This document shows, one piece after another, positions 12,776 to 24,228 of a DNA stretch of 64,000 bases (positions are counted from its first letter, which is position 1; each line of letters begins with the position of its first letter). The position numbers and the translations under genes were made by a program. The notes beneath the pieces are model-generated. The model had not been told where the DNA came from. It saw nothing but the letters and a program-made list of their open reading frames with translations, and did no database searches. This DNA is from Psammoneis japonica (lineage: Eukaryota). Location of the stretch: contig QPGO01000145.1 of assembly GCA_008632985.1 (NCBI GenBank), positions 1-64,000 on the forward strand, in the 5' to 3' direction.

Positions 12776-15592
12776 TTAAGCGTCAAATAAAGTTTTTCTG
12801 TTTTCGTCGTCTTTTTCGTCGTCTTGCTGAACACCTAGCTCCGGTTCCGAGAATGTAGATTCGAATGCGTCGTACTCTGTTGCTATCTCATCGGAGAACA
12901 TCTGTAAAACCACAGGTTTGCAATGAAGCTGGAACCTGTATCCCAACCCGTTGGCTTCAAACCAGTACCTAACACTCTTGACGTTATGATTATTATCATA
13001 TAGTTTGATGCCGTTGCCTTTTTTCCAGATCATTTCTTTGCTGTCAGGGACTGTCCCGATTCGCAATTTCCTGTTGCCTGCAACAAAAAAACCCTTTTCG
13101 TCGGGAATAAGTGCCTCGTGAGGTCGCACAGCTCTGTTCTTGTTATGCATTCCGGAAATGCTGTCACTAGATCGTAGAAGGATGTTCTCGATCAACTGCC
13201 ATGCTTCAGAGAAAGATAGCACGCGTTCCATAAGAAATAATTTGAACCCCACCTCTTCGAACTGTCGATTCATGTTGTCGACGCGCCTTTCTAAGTAATG
13301 CACTCGCATTCGTTCATCTTTATCCATCCGTGAACCTTGCAATGAGTGTGCGTGTACATTTGTCTTCTTCTTCGAAATGAGAGTTTGTTGAAGCCCACCA
13401 CCACCGCCGACACCCGCTTCCTCATCGTCATCGGGAAACATTTTCTCCAGTTCTCTAATCTTGCGCCTGTTCCTTTTGTTTTCAGACGCTAGAAGCCTTA
13501 CTTCGGCTCGGAGCTCCTCGAGCTCAGAAACTTTTGCTGCATCCCCTGGAATGCTGTCACGCTGTCCAACAAGCGGTTCTGATGCTGCTTCCTTGCCATG
13601 GCAGACTAGTTCGCCAGAAATGTCAACCAGTCGTAGTTTAGAAGATTTACTTGATTGTAAATCTTCGCCGATATACTTCAAACACGAATCCTTTGCGATA
13701 ACACCAAGGCATTCCAAGACGAATGTTGCTTTTTCGTCTTCATCAGCTTTTTTCAAATGGTTGTATCTGTCGTGATCTTCTTCCCAAAGGTGAAGAACTC
13801 CGACAGCAATAGTGTGTAGGTCATCAATAACCTTGAGACCGATTGGATCCAGTTCTTCCAAGGAAATCAGGTGAACCTTTCGAAGATGGCACGACACAAC
13901 CTTCTTCAATGGCTCCAGGATTGACGTCTTTATCTTTTCAATGATCGACGTAGTGTCCTTGCCGGCACCAACTTCGAAGTCGGAAAAGTTATCCATTACG
14001 CATATTTTCTTCGCAATACATCGATAGGCCAGCATGTAGCTATCCCTGCTGTTGCCATTGAAGAAATCTTCAAATATCCAGAGAAAATTCTTTTGTTTTC
14101 TTTTCAGCGGATAGGTGCACAACGAGATGATGATTGATGCACAACCCAAGAATGGGAGGTCGCTTATTACGAGACCCTTACCGACAACGTTGAGGACAGC
14201 AGCAATTGTTCCCTGGAACTTTGAGGTCAAGGCAACCGACACTGTGCCGCTGGAAATGACTTCGGCTGCAAGATAGGTTCGTTGAAACGACTGACAAAAG
14301 GCAAAGAAGTAAGCCTGAACGTGCCTCGGCATGTCTTCAAGCTCCTCGGGAAGACCTTGTATGGATTCTAGCGATCGGTCAAAATCCTCAATCTTTGCGG
14401 TGAGTTTCTGTAATGCGTTGTACTGTTCGGGGGTGAGCTGTGCCACGTCCAAACTTCGCTTCAGTTCCATGAGTTCATTTGTAGACTCGACGCCAGCTGG
14501 GCCAACACCAGTCGACTGTAACCGAGCCTCCAAAGACACAATTTGTTTCTCTAGATCGGGCACTGAAGCCCACTGAGGCAAGCTGTAAAGAGGAACAAGG
14601 GCCTCGTATTCCGCTTCGGCGCGCGCAGCAGCTGCCATTACATCTGGATCTGTCACACCTGTGGCCGCCTCAATAAAGTCTTGTAATCTCCGCACTTCTT
14701 CATCTAGTGCAGCCCTTGTTGGGAACTTCTCAGCACGATCCATTTGAAACTGCTCTTGTCTGCTCGCTTCTTCTTGAGCTGCTGCTACTCCTACAAACAA
14801 AAGAACAATAAAAAGAACAAGGTCGCGTGAGAAACAACATTTGCAGTTTTGCACTTTACAGAATCACACCATGCAGCAATTCGGCGGTAAAACCGACAAA
14901 CGCAATAACGCACGAGTCAGTTTTGGCCGAGGCGGCGGATTTCGAGTCTTGTTCATGTTTTGTTCCACCAATGCCAGAATTTTGCTTTTCAACGCATCGG
15001 AAATGCCCGAGTTGAAGTCCAGGTTCAAGCCCGTCAAACTCCCATTGTGTTGTTGTAGCATTTGCAGCAATGCTCTTGAACCGTCGTCACCAATTTGGTT
15101 GGAAGCAAGACGGAGCCACTTCAATGTGGCATTGGTTGCAAGTGCCATTGCGAGCGCTTTTGCACCGGCGTCACCAATTTGGTTGTATCGAAGATCAAGC
15201 CCTTGCAATGTGGTGTTGGTTACAAGCGCCGTTGCGAGCACTTTTGCAGCGGCGTCGCCAATTTGGTTGCCGCTAAGACCAAGCGCCACCAATGTGGAGT
15301 TGGTTGCGAGTGCCTTCGCGAGCTTTTTTGCACCGTCATCACCAATTTGGTTGCTCATAAGATAGAGCTCTTTCAATGTCGTGTTGACTGCAAGAGCCGT
15401 CGCGAGCGCTCCTACACCGGCGTCTCCAATTCGGTTGTCGTCAAGATTGAGCTCTTTCAATGTGGTGTTGGTTGCGAGTGCCGTTGCGAGCGCTTTTGCA
15501 CCGTCGTCATCAATTTGGTTGGCGTCAAGATAGAGAATTGTCAATGTGGGATCATTTTCCCGGAGACGGCGGCAGGCTTCGTCGAGTTTCAT
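12776..15592 (-). CDS. RNI/NLRC3-type leucine-rich-repeat protein with a long coiled-coil C-terminal region (predicted intron 14791-14913)
   Basis: About six 28-aa repeats N.TL..L.L..NQIGD.GAKALA.AL; phase-1 GTGCGT..TTTGTAG intron fuses ORF 14864-15646 to ORF 12776-14854 in frame. Confidence 0.75.
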
Positions 15593-15819
15593 GCTGCTGC
15601 TGCTGCACAAGTGGGAATCACGTGAGACCCGTCCACCCACACACAACCAAAAAGAGATGCAACCAAGCTAAGAGCAGTGCACAACAACAAGAATGGATCG
15701 TTTGTGCAGTGTGGTTGCGTGTTGCGTTGAAAATGTGCACGTGAAAGCAACGCGAGTTTGAAGTTGTGTCACATGTATGTATGAATACTCTCTACTACTC
15801 TAGGGCCCTAGCTAGTCTA

Positions 15820-15994
15820 CTGTCCTCATCCAGTGCCAGAATCGGGGAGAAGACCCATTACCTATTGAACCACGTACGCACGTTGGAACGTGCTGTAATA
15901 AGGGTTGGTTGTTGTTTTTCTTCGGTCACCGGCCTGTCTCATTCTTTCAAGATCGACAAAGACAAGCCGCTGTCGTTAGTGTGGTTTAATCGCT
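15820..15994 (+). repeat. Split direct repeat A1
   Basis: ctgtcctcatccagtgccagaatcggggagaag ... gtttaatcgct, repeated at 20346-20516. Confidence 0.95.
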
Positions 15995-16099
15995 ATAAGA
16001 CTGCGACGCAGGATACCTCCGCCGTCTTTGTTCTATCGCACAAAGAATTCGACACGACACGCAGTGTGAACAACCAACCACCAAACGCCGTGAATCCTG

Positions 16100-16760
16100 G
16101 TGACGGGCAACCGCCCGGGCAACCACCGCAACCACCGCCAGCACTTCACAGATTCCCGGCAGGACCTGGACACGTGCGCCGAGGACCCAGCTGTGGAGTG
16201 CTCCCGGAATCCAACGCCAGTGGCGGACATGCAGCATCACATGCAGGTGGAGCTCACATCTTGGTTTCGGCTGCAGGAGATGGCCCACAACGCCGCGGTC
16301 CCTTTCCATGCGTGCCAAGTGGTGGGCGATGCTTCGAAGGGAAACGACTCATGGCGTCACACGCTGCCACCTGCAATCACACTGGTTTCCGGGAGCGCGC
16401 CCGCCCCAACTGCTGCGACTCCCTCGTTGGCCCAGCCCGTGGGTGGTGCCGCACAAAACCCACGCCCAGGCGCACCGGGCGACAACACGCCAGTGCGCAA
16501 CCCCCAATGCGACGAACGTTTCAATGCCGTCCGCGATCGTCCCAACGTTGGGTCGCGGGAGGTAAAGCGGCATTGCACTCAGAATGGGGTCGCACTGCCG
16601 GTCGATGCACAAGGAAACCCACGGTGCCTCCCATGCCACTTGAAAGGGCAGCGCAACTCCAACTGTGGGTGTGTGGCAGACCATCATAATGACCACGCGG
16701 AGAGCGACCAGGCAAACCTCCTCACGTGGGCAACGGAGCATTGGAAGACCAAACAGGTCT
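16100..16760 (+). pseudogene. gag-like ORF remnant of the YR retrotransposon
   Basis: Cys/His cluster CLPCHLKGQRNSNCGCVADH immediately upstream of the RT region. Confidence 0.55.
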
Positions 16761-16949
16761 TCGGCAACGGCCCGAGTTCGGGGACTCTGGGCCGAGAGCC
16801 TTTTCAGCTGCCACCGGCATCGTTGGCAGTGCCGCCACCCCCGCAGGCGGAGAGAATCACAGACAGCAACAACCGCAGCACCTCACGCACGCAGGCCATT
16901 GCACACGCTGTGCAGACTGATGAACCAGGTGAGCAGACATTACTTGACA

Positions 16950-18960
16950 CACAATTGCTGCGTCTCAGAGGACTGAGTTACTTGTTGCATCGCCGCAGCG
17001 GCAGAGGGGACTGGGGACCGTTGCACCGCACACACAAGCACCCAGCCCACAGGCTGCTGCAAAACTGCAAATGCCGCGGCGTCCCCACAACCCTCGCAGA
17101 CGCACCTTGGACACCTCAAGAGCTTGAAGCAAGTTTGGCCAGGGGGGCACACAAGTCCGCCTGTGAGCATGTTGAGTTCCTGCGGGAGGACATGGCCGAC
17201 TGCATCGACAAGGGTTTCTGGGTGGTCCTCCCACATGAGGACATGAAGGAAACCCCAGGATTGCGGCTGAGCCCCATTGGCGTGGCACCCCAGTGTGGTC
17301 GGCGACCACGACCGATCGTCGACTGCACCTTTTACGGCACCAACAACGCGACTCAGCCCAACACCCCGACGGAAGCCATGCAGTTCGGCCGCACCCTGGA
17401 CCATTTGCTGCGCCGCATTTTGCTGGCAAATCCATGCACGGCCGGGTTCACCTCATGAAAGTCGACCTTGCAGATGGCTTCCATCGGGTGCACCTTAACC
17501 CCGATGACGCCCAACAACTCGGGGTGGTTTTCCCACACCTGCCGGGCAAACCCCCTTTGGTGGCCACACCCACACGGTTGCCCATGGGATGGGCCAATTC
17601 GCCACCGTGTTTCAGTGCCGCTGCCGAGACGGTGGCCAACTTACAGCTGGTGCGCGCCGCGACAGCGCCACCACACCCATTGGAGCAATTGGCATCCAGC
17701 CGGGTGCCAACCCATGTGCCCCCACCAACCTCACCACCCGCAACAATCGCTGTGCCGATTCCGACGTCACCAGACCCACACCTCAACCCGAGCCGCCGCC
17801 GGCGCCTAGCCTGCATCGACACATGCGTCGACGACTTCATTGGCGCTGCGCAGGGGTCCGCCGCAGCCCAAAGAAACATGCATCGTGTGTTGTTGCACAC
17901 AATCGACGATGTCTTCCGCCCCACGGATTTGAATGACGTTGCTGCCCGCAAAGAGCCCGCATCAGTCAAAAAGCTCCGCAAGGGTGACGCCACATGGTCC
18001 ACACAGAAAGAGGTGTTAGGCTGGCCAATTGACACCCTGGCAATGACACTCCGACTTGCCCCTCGCCGGCGTGCACGTCTGCACGACACACTCTACAAGG
18101 ACTTCCCCCGCACACGCAAACGCGATGCCGTCCAGGATTGTCAGAAACTCCTGGGAGAACTGCGTTCCCTCGCGGCAGCCATGCCCAGCTCGCGAGGCCT
18201 GTTCTCCAAATTGCAGGAGGCCCTCCGCCACACTACACCAGATTCACGCATCCGACTTGCGGCCAACGTACATTCCATGCTGGACGATTTTCGTGATCTG
18301 CACCAGACCCTGGACTCACGTCCTGTCCGCATCCAAGAGCTCGTGCCACTGCCTCCAACTGCACACGGCTGTCACGACGCTGCCGGCCACGGGGCCGGCG
18401 GGGTGATCGTGCCAACGCCCACCGCAGTCCCCCGAGCCGCCAAGCTACGCCATTCCTCTGGCCGGCGTTGCACTCAACGTGATGCAGGCCCTGTCGCATG
18501 GCGCCTGCGATTCCCCAAGGACATCTCCAACTCACTCGCCACGTATGAGAATCCACACGGCCCCATTGCCAATGCCGACCTTGAACTAGTCGGTGGCATC
18601 GTCCATGCCTGCGCAGCTGCCGACACTTACGACATCCGCGAGCGCACCAACCTCAACCGTGCGGATGACCTTGGCACCATGCATTGGCAATGCAAGGGAT
18701 CGACCACCACAGTGAAACCGGCTTCAAAGCTCCTCCGGCTCCAAGCGTGCCATCAATGCCAACATGTCACACAGGCCTCCATGATTGTCACCCGGGCACT
18801 TGGAACCGAGCGGGTGACGACGCTTCGCACTTGCAACACTTGTCTAATGTCGCGTTCCTTTCTTGTTTGAATTCTGCTTACCCACAGAGCAAGTCTTGGC
18901 GTCTGTGGACCCCGCCACCCGAACTGCGTTCTTACGTGATCTCGGCGCTGTGCAGGAAGC
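16950..18960 (+). pseudogene. Reverse transcriptase-RNase H of the YR retrotransposon (frameshifts near 17435 and 18760)
   Basis: LRLSPIGVAPQ..RRPRPIVD, KVDLADGFHR, RLPMGWANSPP, T[C]VDDF, KEVLGW, DAAGHGAGG, NADLELVG, N..GDDAS. Confidence 0.88.
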
Positions 18961-20041
18961 AGTGCAACGCAGCGTCACCTCTTCCCGAGCCTCCGCCGCC
19001 GACACCCACTGGAACCTTTGGATCAACTTTTGCCGCCAACTGGCCATCAGTCCATTTCTCGAAGACACCAACGATCCCATCCTCTTCCTGCAAGTGTTCC
19101 TCCATCGATTCCGCACCGGTGTCATCACACCAAGAGGCAATCCCGTCCGGGCGCGCACCGCTGAGGATGCCCTGCGGTCGGTTGGGCAGACGTTCGCTGC
19201 AATGGGGTCCGCGGACCCACGTCTCACACCCCAGGGCGGCATGGATTTCCGTCTTGCCCATCAAATCCGTTTTTACAAGAAACAGGATCCGCCGCCCGAC
19301 TGCGTTAAACCAGCTCCAGTCAGCGTCCTCCTCTGGATCTTGCACGCCGCCGCCCTCAGCAACAGCGCCGGCACCAAGGCCATTGCGGATGTGATCACAA
19401 TCGCCTTTTTCTTTTTGCTTTGCCCGGGTGAATGCACAGCCATGCCATCCGACACCACTCCGTTTCACTTGGCAGATCTTCGTTTGACCTCGGGCGGAGC
19501 ACATTTGAACCCATTTGCCACCGCGGCCCCTGCCCTCTTCGCCGCCACCCTCAGCTCCCTCACTTTCGCCACCCAGAAAAGTGGCGTTTGCGGCAAAGTC
19601 ATTGCGCACAGCCTGTCAGGCCACCCAGACCTTTGCCCAACCAGGGCCCTCGTCTGCCGAGTTGTTCACTTGCGCACCTGCGGAGCGCAACCCGACACCC
19701 CCCCAGGGGTGCACTTTGAGAACAGCAGGTGGCACGCCGTTTCCCCTGCCGACATCACGTTGGCACTCCGCACCGCCATCATTGCCCCAGGTCCCAAGAA
19801 CCTGGGCTTCACACCGGCCAATGTCTCATCCCGCTGCCTTCGTGCAGCAGGCGCAACGGCACTGTTGTGTGCCCATGTCGACACCGACCCAATCCGCCTC
19901 TTAGGCCGGCGGCGCTCTGATGAGATGCTGCGCTGCTTGCGCCTGCAAGCCGAGCCTGCCATGCATGGCTTTGCACAAGCCATGCTCGCTGGGGGCAATT
20001 TCGTGCTTCACCCGAATGCTGAAGTGCCCATTGCCCCGTAA
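18863..20041 (+). pseudogene. Tyrosine recombinase of the retrotransposon; frame open but catalytic residues mutated
   Basis: IAFFFLL[C]PGE[C]T, TQKSG, LCPTRAL, LRAAGATALL, RLLGR[R]RSDEMLR[C]L, where LRPGEY and GRWRS....RY are expected. Confidence 0.9.
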
Positions 20042-20140
20042 CCATGCTCCACCAGCCCTCCAGATGGGCCCACCCGCCCAGTCCCAATGCATGTTTGGCC
20101 AGCTGCTGCACCGCCTGCACATCAGTGGGTGGCGCTGGAA

Positions 20141-20344
20141 GCCCTGCCGTCCAGCTTTGGGTGGGGAGAAAACCTTCACAGCGCCAGCAAAGCCATCTCC
20201 ACTCCAAGCACACAATGCATTCCATGAAGTTTACATCACTTTAGAAGAGAGCACGTGACCAGTGGTTTGAACCCACCGTTTCATTCCAGGAGCGCGCTCG
20301 TCCATCCCCGACACAAAGCACGCATGAGCAAAGTGGTGGCAACC
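20141..20344 (+). repeat. Split direct repeat B1
   Basis: gccctgccgtccagctttggg ... gtggcaacc, repeated at 20537-20739. Confidence 0.95.
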
Positions 20345-20345
20345 G

Positions 20346-20516
20346 CTGTCCTCATCCAGTGCCAGAATCGGGGAGAAGCCCCATCACCTGTTGAACCACG
20401 TACACACGTTGAACGTGCTGCAAGGGTTGGTTGTTGTTTTTCTTCGGTCACCGGCCTGTCTCATTCTTTCAAGATCAACAAAGACAAGCCACTGTCATCA
20501 GCGCAGTTTAATCGCT
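20346..20516 (+). repeat. Split direct repeat A2
   Basis: Copy of 15820-15994. Confidence 0.95.
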
Positions 20517-20536
20517 CCCACCTCTCCCACCCTCTG

Positions 20537-20742
20537 GCCCTGCCGTCCAGCTTTGGGCAGGGAGAAAACCTTCACAGCGCTGGCAAAGCCATCTCCACTC
20601 CAAGTGCACAATGCATTCGATGAAGTTTACATGCTTTAGAAGAGAGCGCACAACCAGTGGTTTGAACCCACCGTTTCATTCCAGGAGCGCGCTCGTCCAT
20701 CCCCGATGCGAAGCACGCATGAGCAAAGCGGTGGCAACCACT
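20537..20742 (+). repeat. Split direct repeat B2 (element right end)
   Basis: Copy of 20141-20344. Confidence 0.95.
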
Positions 20743-20849
20743 CCACTAGAGAGTAGAGAGTGGAGACTGTCTGGATGCGAGCGAGTGATGAGAACGTCAA
20801 AAAACGTCTGCACGCCAGTGCGTTTGGGGGTCTTCCCGGTTCAATTGTT

Positions 20850-21180
20850 TGTGCACTCCAAGATCATCTGACGACATGCAGAAGGAGTGTGACCAAGGCA
20901 TGCATTTGGCAAGATCCCTGGAAGACATGAAATGCAAGAGCTTTGACTCCAAGAAGCCAACCTTGCGGGTGTCCACGACAACATGGACAAGAGCTGCCAG
21001 ACCACAGAGCTTGAAAAGAAAGAACAAGAAGACATGGAGCTGGAGTGCAAGTGTAAATTTGACCTGAGAGAGTGCTGTGACAGCAAGGTGAAGCAGTTTG
21101 AAGATGACAAGGTCGCTGCATTTGCCAAGATGCCAGATGATCATTGCACCAAGCCAGTGAAACAGAGAGAGTGCAAGATG
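20850..21180 (+). mobile_element. Degenerate gag-like fragment, homologous to about 39680-39775
   Basis: aagcagtttgaa ... ca(t/c)tgcaccaagcca shared; translations KQFEDDKVAAFAKMPDDHCTKP vs KQFEKNKTATFTRILGNHCTKP. Confidence 0.5.
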
Positions 21181-21510
21181 GTCCCAAGCTGGAGCTTTGT
21201 GTCATCTGAAGGCCCTGCACAATGACACAACAACTGCCATGAACTGCGTGTGATGTGTCATCCACAGCACTTCTTTTGTGCCACCATTGATGAATGCAAG
21301 GCATGCAAGAAACAGGTGATTTCTGAGGGCAGTTCCCTGTCAATGGCCGAGCATGCTCCGACTGTTGCAGCTGCTGCACTGCTTTCATCCTTGCCTCAGA
21401 TCACATTGAGCACGTCCGTCGCAAACAGTCATGACGGCAATGCAACAACTGCCACCACTGGAGTGCGACTGGCAGAGTGACAGCCAGAGAGCAGTGGGTT
21501 GTGCGATGAA
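21175..21510. repeat. Dispersed repeat, hypermutated copy of about 11720-12060
   Basis: Colinear similarity with TA and CG sites replaced by TG/CA. Confidence 0.75.
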
Positions 21511-24228
21511 CAAGCTCAGAATGTGGGGCCCCATGTCTTTCTATGAAAGTTTGACTCGGCTGCCATTTTGCCATTTGATGCGGGTTTGCCTTTTTGCCAT
21601 GTTTTTTCACATTTTTCCTGCCACAGTGTTTCTCACAGTTCTTCAAAGATTCTCATGCATGAGGGGTTTCCCACATCTCATCAGGCTCAAGAGGACCTTG
21701 AAGTGCACCCACAATCAACATGTGCTCACACACACACAAGTTTCTGTGATTCTTGACTCACATCTGGGCATCCACAGCTTGCTCCTCATCCATGTTGCAA
21801 GGCAGCTTGTTGATCTCAGCCTCCTGAACAACCTTGTGCTTTTCCATCTGCTTGCTCCATTTCTTCTTGTGCATGAAAATGACTGCCACAACACCAATGG
21901 CGAAGGCTGCCCCCAGAACACTGATGGCCACAATGGCACCATTCAGCCATCCATTGTCCCCGCCACCCTCTTGTTCAGTTCAGTGCCCTCATCAAGCACT
22001 GCAAATGCCTTCTTGAGGGTCTCTGTGAGCTGGATTTTTCATTGTCATGGGGACCAGGAGTGCGGTGCCCTCAAAACACCCTGAAAATGCCTTGTTGAGG
22101 GTCTCTGTGCTGGACTCATCCTTTTCATGGGGGGAGGGGCAGTGTCAGCAAAGAAGATCTCAACAACAATGTCCTCATGGACATGGCCAGGATGATTTTG
22201 TTGGTCTTGTTGCTCCTGATGCAAGGAGTCATTCTCAGGTCACAAGCTTGCAACAATCTCAACCCCCTTGTGTGGTCCCTCTGAAGCCTCCCAATGTCAA
22301 TGAATCTTGTTTGCACAACCATTTCAATGCCACCCCTCAGCGCCATCAGCACTGTGGCAGCAGGTGCTCTGTTGAAAACAGCAGCCTCAAAACTGTTGCA
22401 CAGCACTTTGGCTTCATTGCCAAAGCTTTGCAAGGGGCACAACTCTGTTTCACCTGCAGAAGAGATGTCGCTGGTGAGACCTCCATTGTTGCTGCGCTGC
22501 TGTGTGCAGTGATGGGCATCTCACAGTGCAGCTGCCATCACATGCACTGCAATGCCACACTTGAGCATTTTCAATGCAAACACAAAAAGTGTGCTCTGCT
22601 GACAGCAAAATGATGCCAAAGCTGCAGCACCTTGCATGTTTGTGATCTTGTCTTTCAAAACAGGCTGCACATGCACTCAGTGGCACATGCAGTGCCCAGT
22701 TGCAGTTGCCCCATGTGTCAATTGCAGCAGAGACTTTTGCTGCCCACTGGCTGTCACCACCACATCACTTGTCAACATGGTTTGTTCATCCCTGTTTGAT
22801 TTTGGACAAGACTGGGCAGCAGCCAAGACCCAATGTCTGCACACATGCAAGCAGGATTTCTGCCATTTCCAGTGTTGTGCTGCCAGCAGCTCCAAGCACA
22901 CTCCTCCACCCCCTGTGTCTCCAGCTCTTGTTTTGGGGATGTGCTTGGGCACAGAAGATCTCTGCTGCCCCCCCCCCCCCCCCCCTCCTTGCTGTGGACA
23001 AAAGCTGCCCAGATCTGCACCCCAGCAAGATGGTGCCCACCAATGATCCCCAGCAGTGTGTCACAAACAACTTGTTTTAACAAGGGTGTGTCCCTGGGCC
23101 CAGAGTCTCTCCACTGATCTGTGAGCCCCTCTTCCGGGTGTCATTCTGCCTGCCACTCCTTGGCCAATGGTGTGTGCAGCTGCAGCTGCTGTGAATGCCA
23201 ACCCCACTCTCAAGCCCTCTTTTCTGATGGACTCTCACAGAGTGCTCAAGACCCTGGCTCTTGTCCAGAGGCTGAGGTGCTGGGACGCTTGTGTCCCTTT
23301 GTGGAAGCATGTGAGCAACTCTGCTGCAAGTCTCTTCCACACCTGAGTTGTCTTCTTTTTGACAATTCTTTTGATGGGCTCAAGCTGCTTGGTGTCAGAA
23401 GTGGAAAGTTGCCAAGAGTGTCCTCCCATGTGGACAAGTCATGAGCTGAGTCACCAGTTGACTTGCACCGCAAGAGGAGGATTGGAGCACCACAGGTCCC
23501 AAGTGAGGGGCAGATTGGCACCAGAAATGGGGCAAGATCAAAACCCCAAGTCAGCATCAGTGGAGCAAAGTCTTGCAATTTTTGGAAGAAGAAGATCAGC
23601 AAGATGCCACCACTGGCCTGCAGCTTCAGAAGCCTTCATCACTTCAACACAGTTTGACCAAAGCACAGGGGGGGGGGGAAGCTGTGGAGAGTCTGGGCAA
23701 AATGAGATGACAGACTGTGATGAGAGCAGCAAGTCTGCAAGATTTTTGCTGCAGCTCTCTTCTGGAGAAGAGAAAGGTTTTCTCAGGTGTGGCAGAGATG
23801 AAAAGTTCTTTGCATGTGCAAATGTGCGTTTGAGAGCTTGCAGGGCAGCAAAGCAAGCTGCAGATCCAGACATGTCAATGGACAAGAGAAAACAACAGCA
23901 TGGTTGATGCACCAACTGAAGTGTTCAAGAAGCAAACAGCTGCAAAAAAGCAAACAAAATTTGTGTGGAAAACACAAACCTGACTGTGGAATTTCATGAC
24001 TGAGGTGCAGTGGCATGCAAAACAAATGCAACACAGTGGCAACCTTCCAACAAGTCAACAAGGAAGTCATGATTGTGACAGTGCCGTTCAACAATGCAAA
24101 GAAAAAGCATGCTGGAGTGTCAGCCAGCAAGCAGCAATCAAAAGGAAATGTGTTGAACATGGTGGACCTTGAGCCACTCTCTTTGTGGATGGAACAAGCA
24201 CCAAGATGTTGGTGACAATGAAGTGGGG

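Larger units (their letters stand above)
15819..20742 (+). mobile_element. Full-length tyrosine-recombinase retrotransposon (Ngaro/PAT-type, split direct repeats A1-gag-RT/RH-YR-B1-A2-B2), inactivated
   Basis: A1 15820-15994 matches A2 20346-20516; B1 20141-20344 matches B2 20537-20739; RT, RNase H and YR motifs lie between; ACT at both element ends. Confidence 0.92.

Noticed and set aside
16100..20041. Alternative genetic code or RNA editing restoring Tyr in the retrotransposon
   Set aside because: Changes occur on both strands, in non-coding repeats too, and come with frameshifts; host genes use Tyr codons normally.
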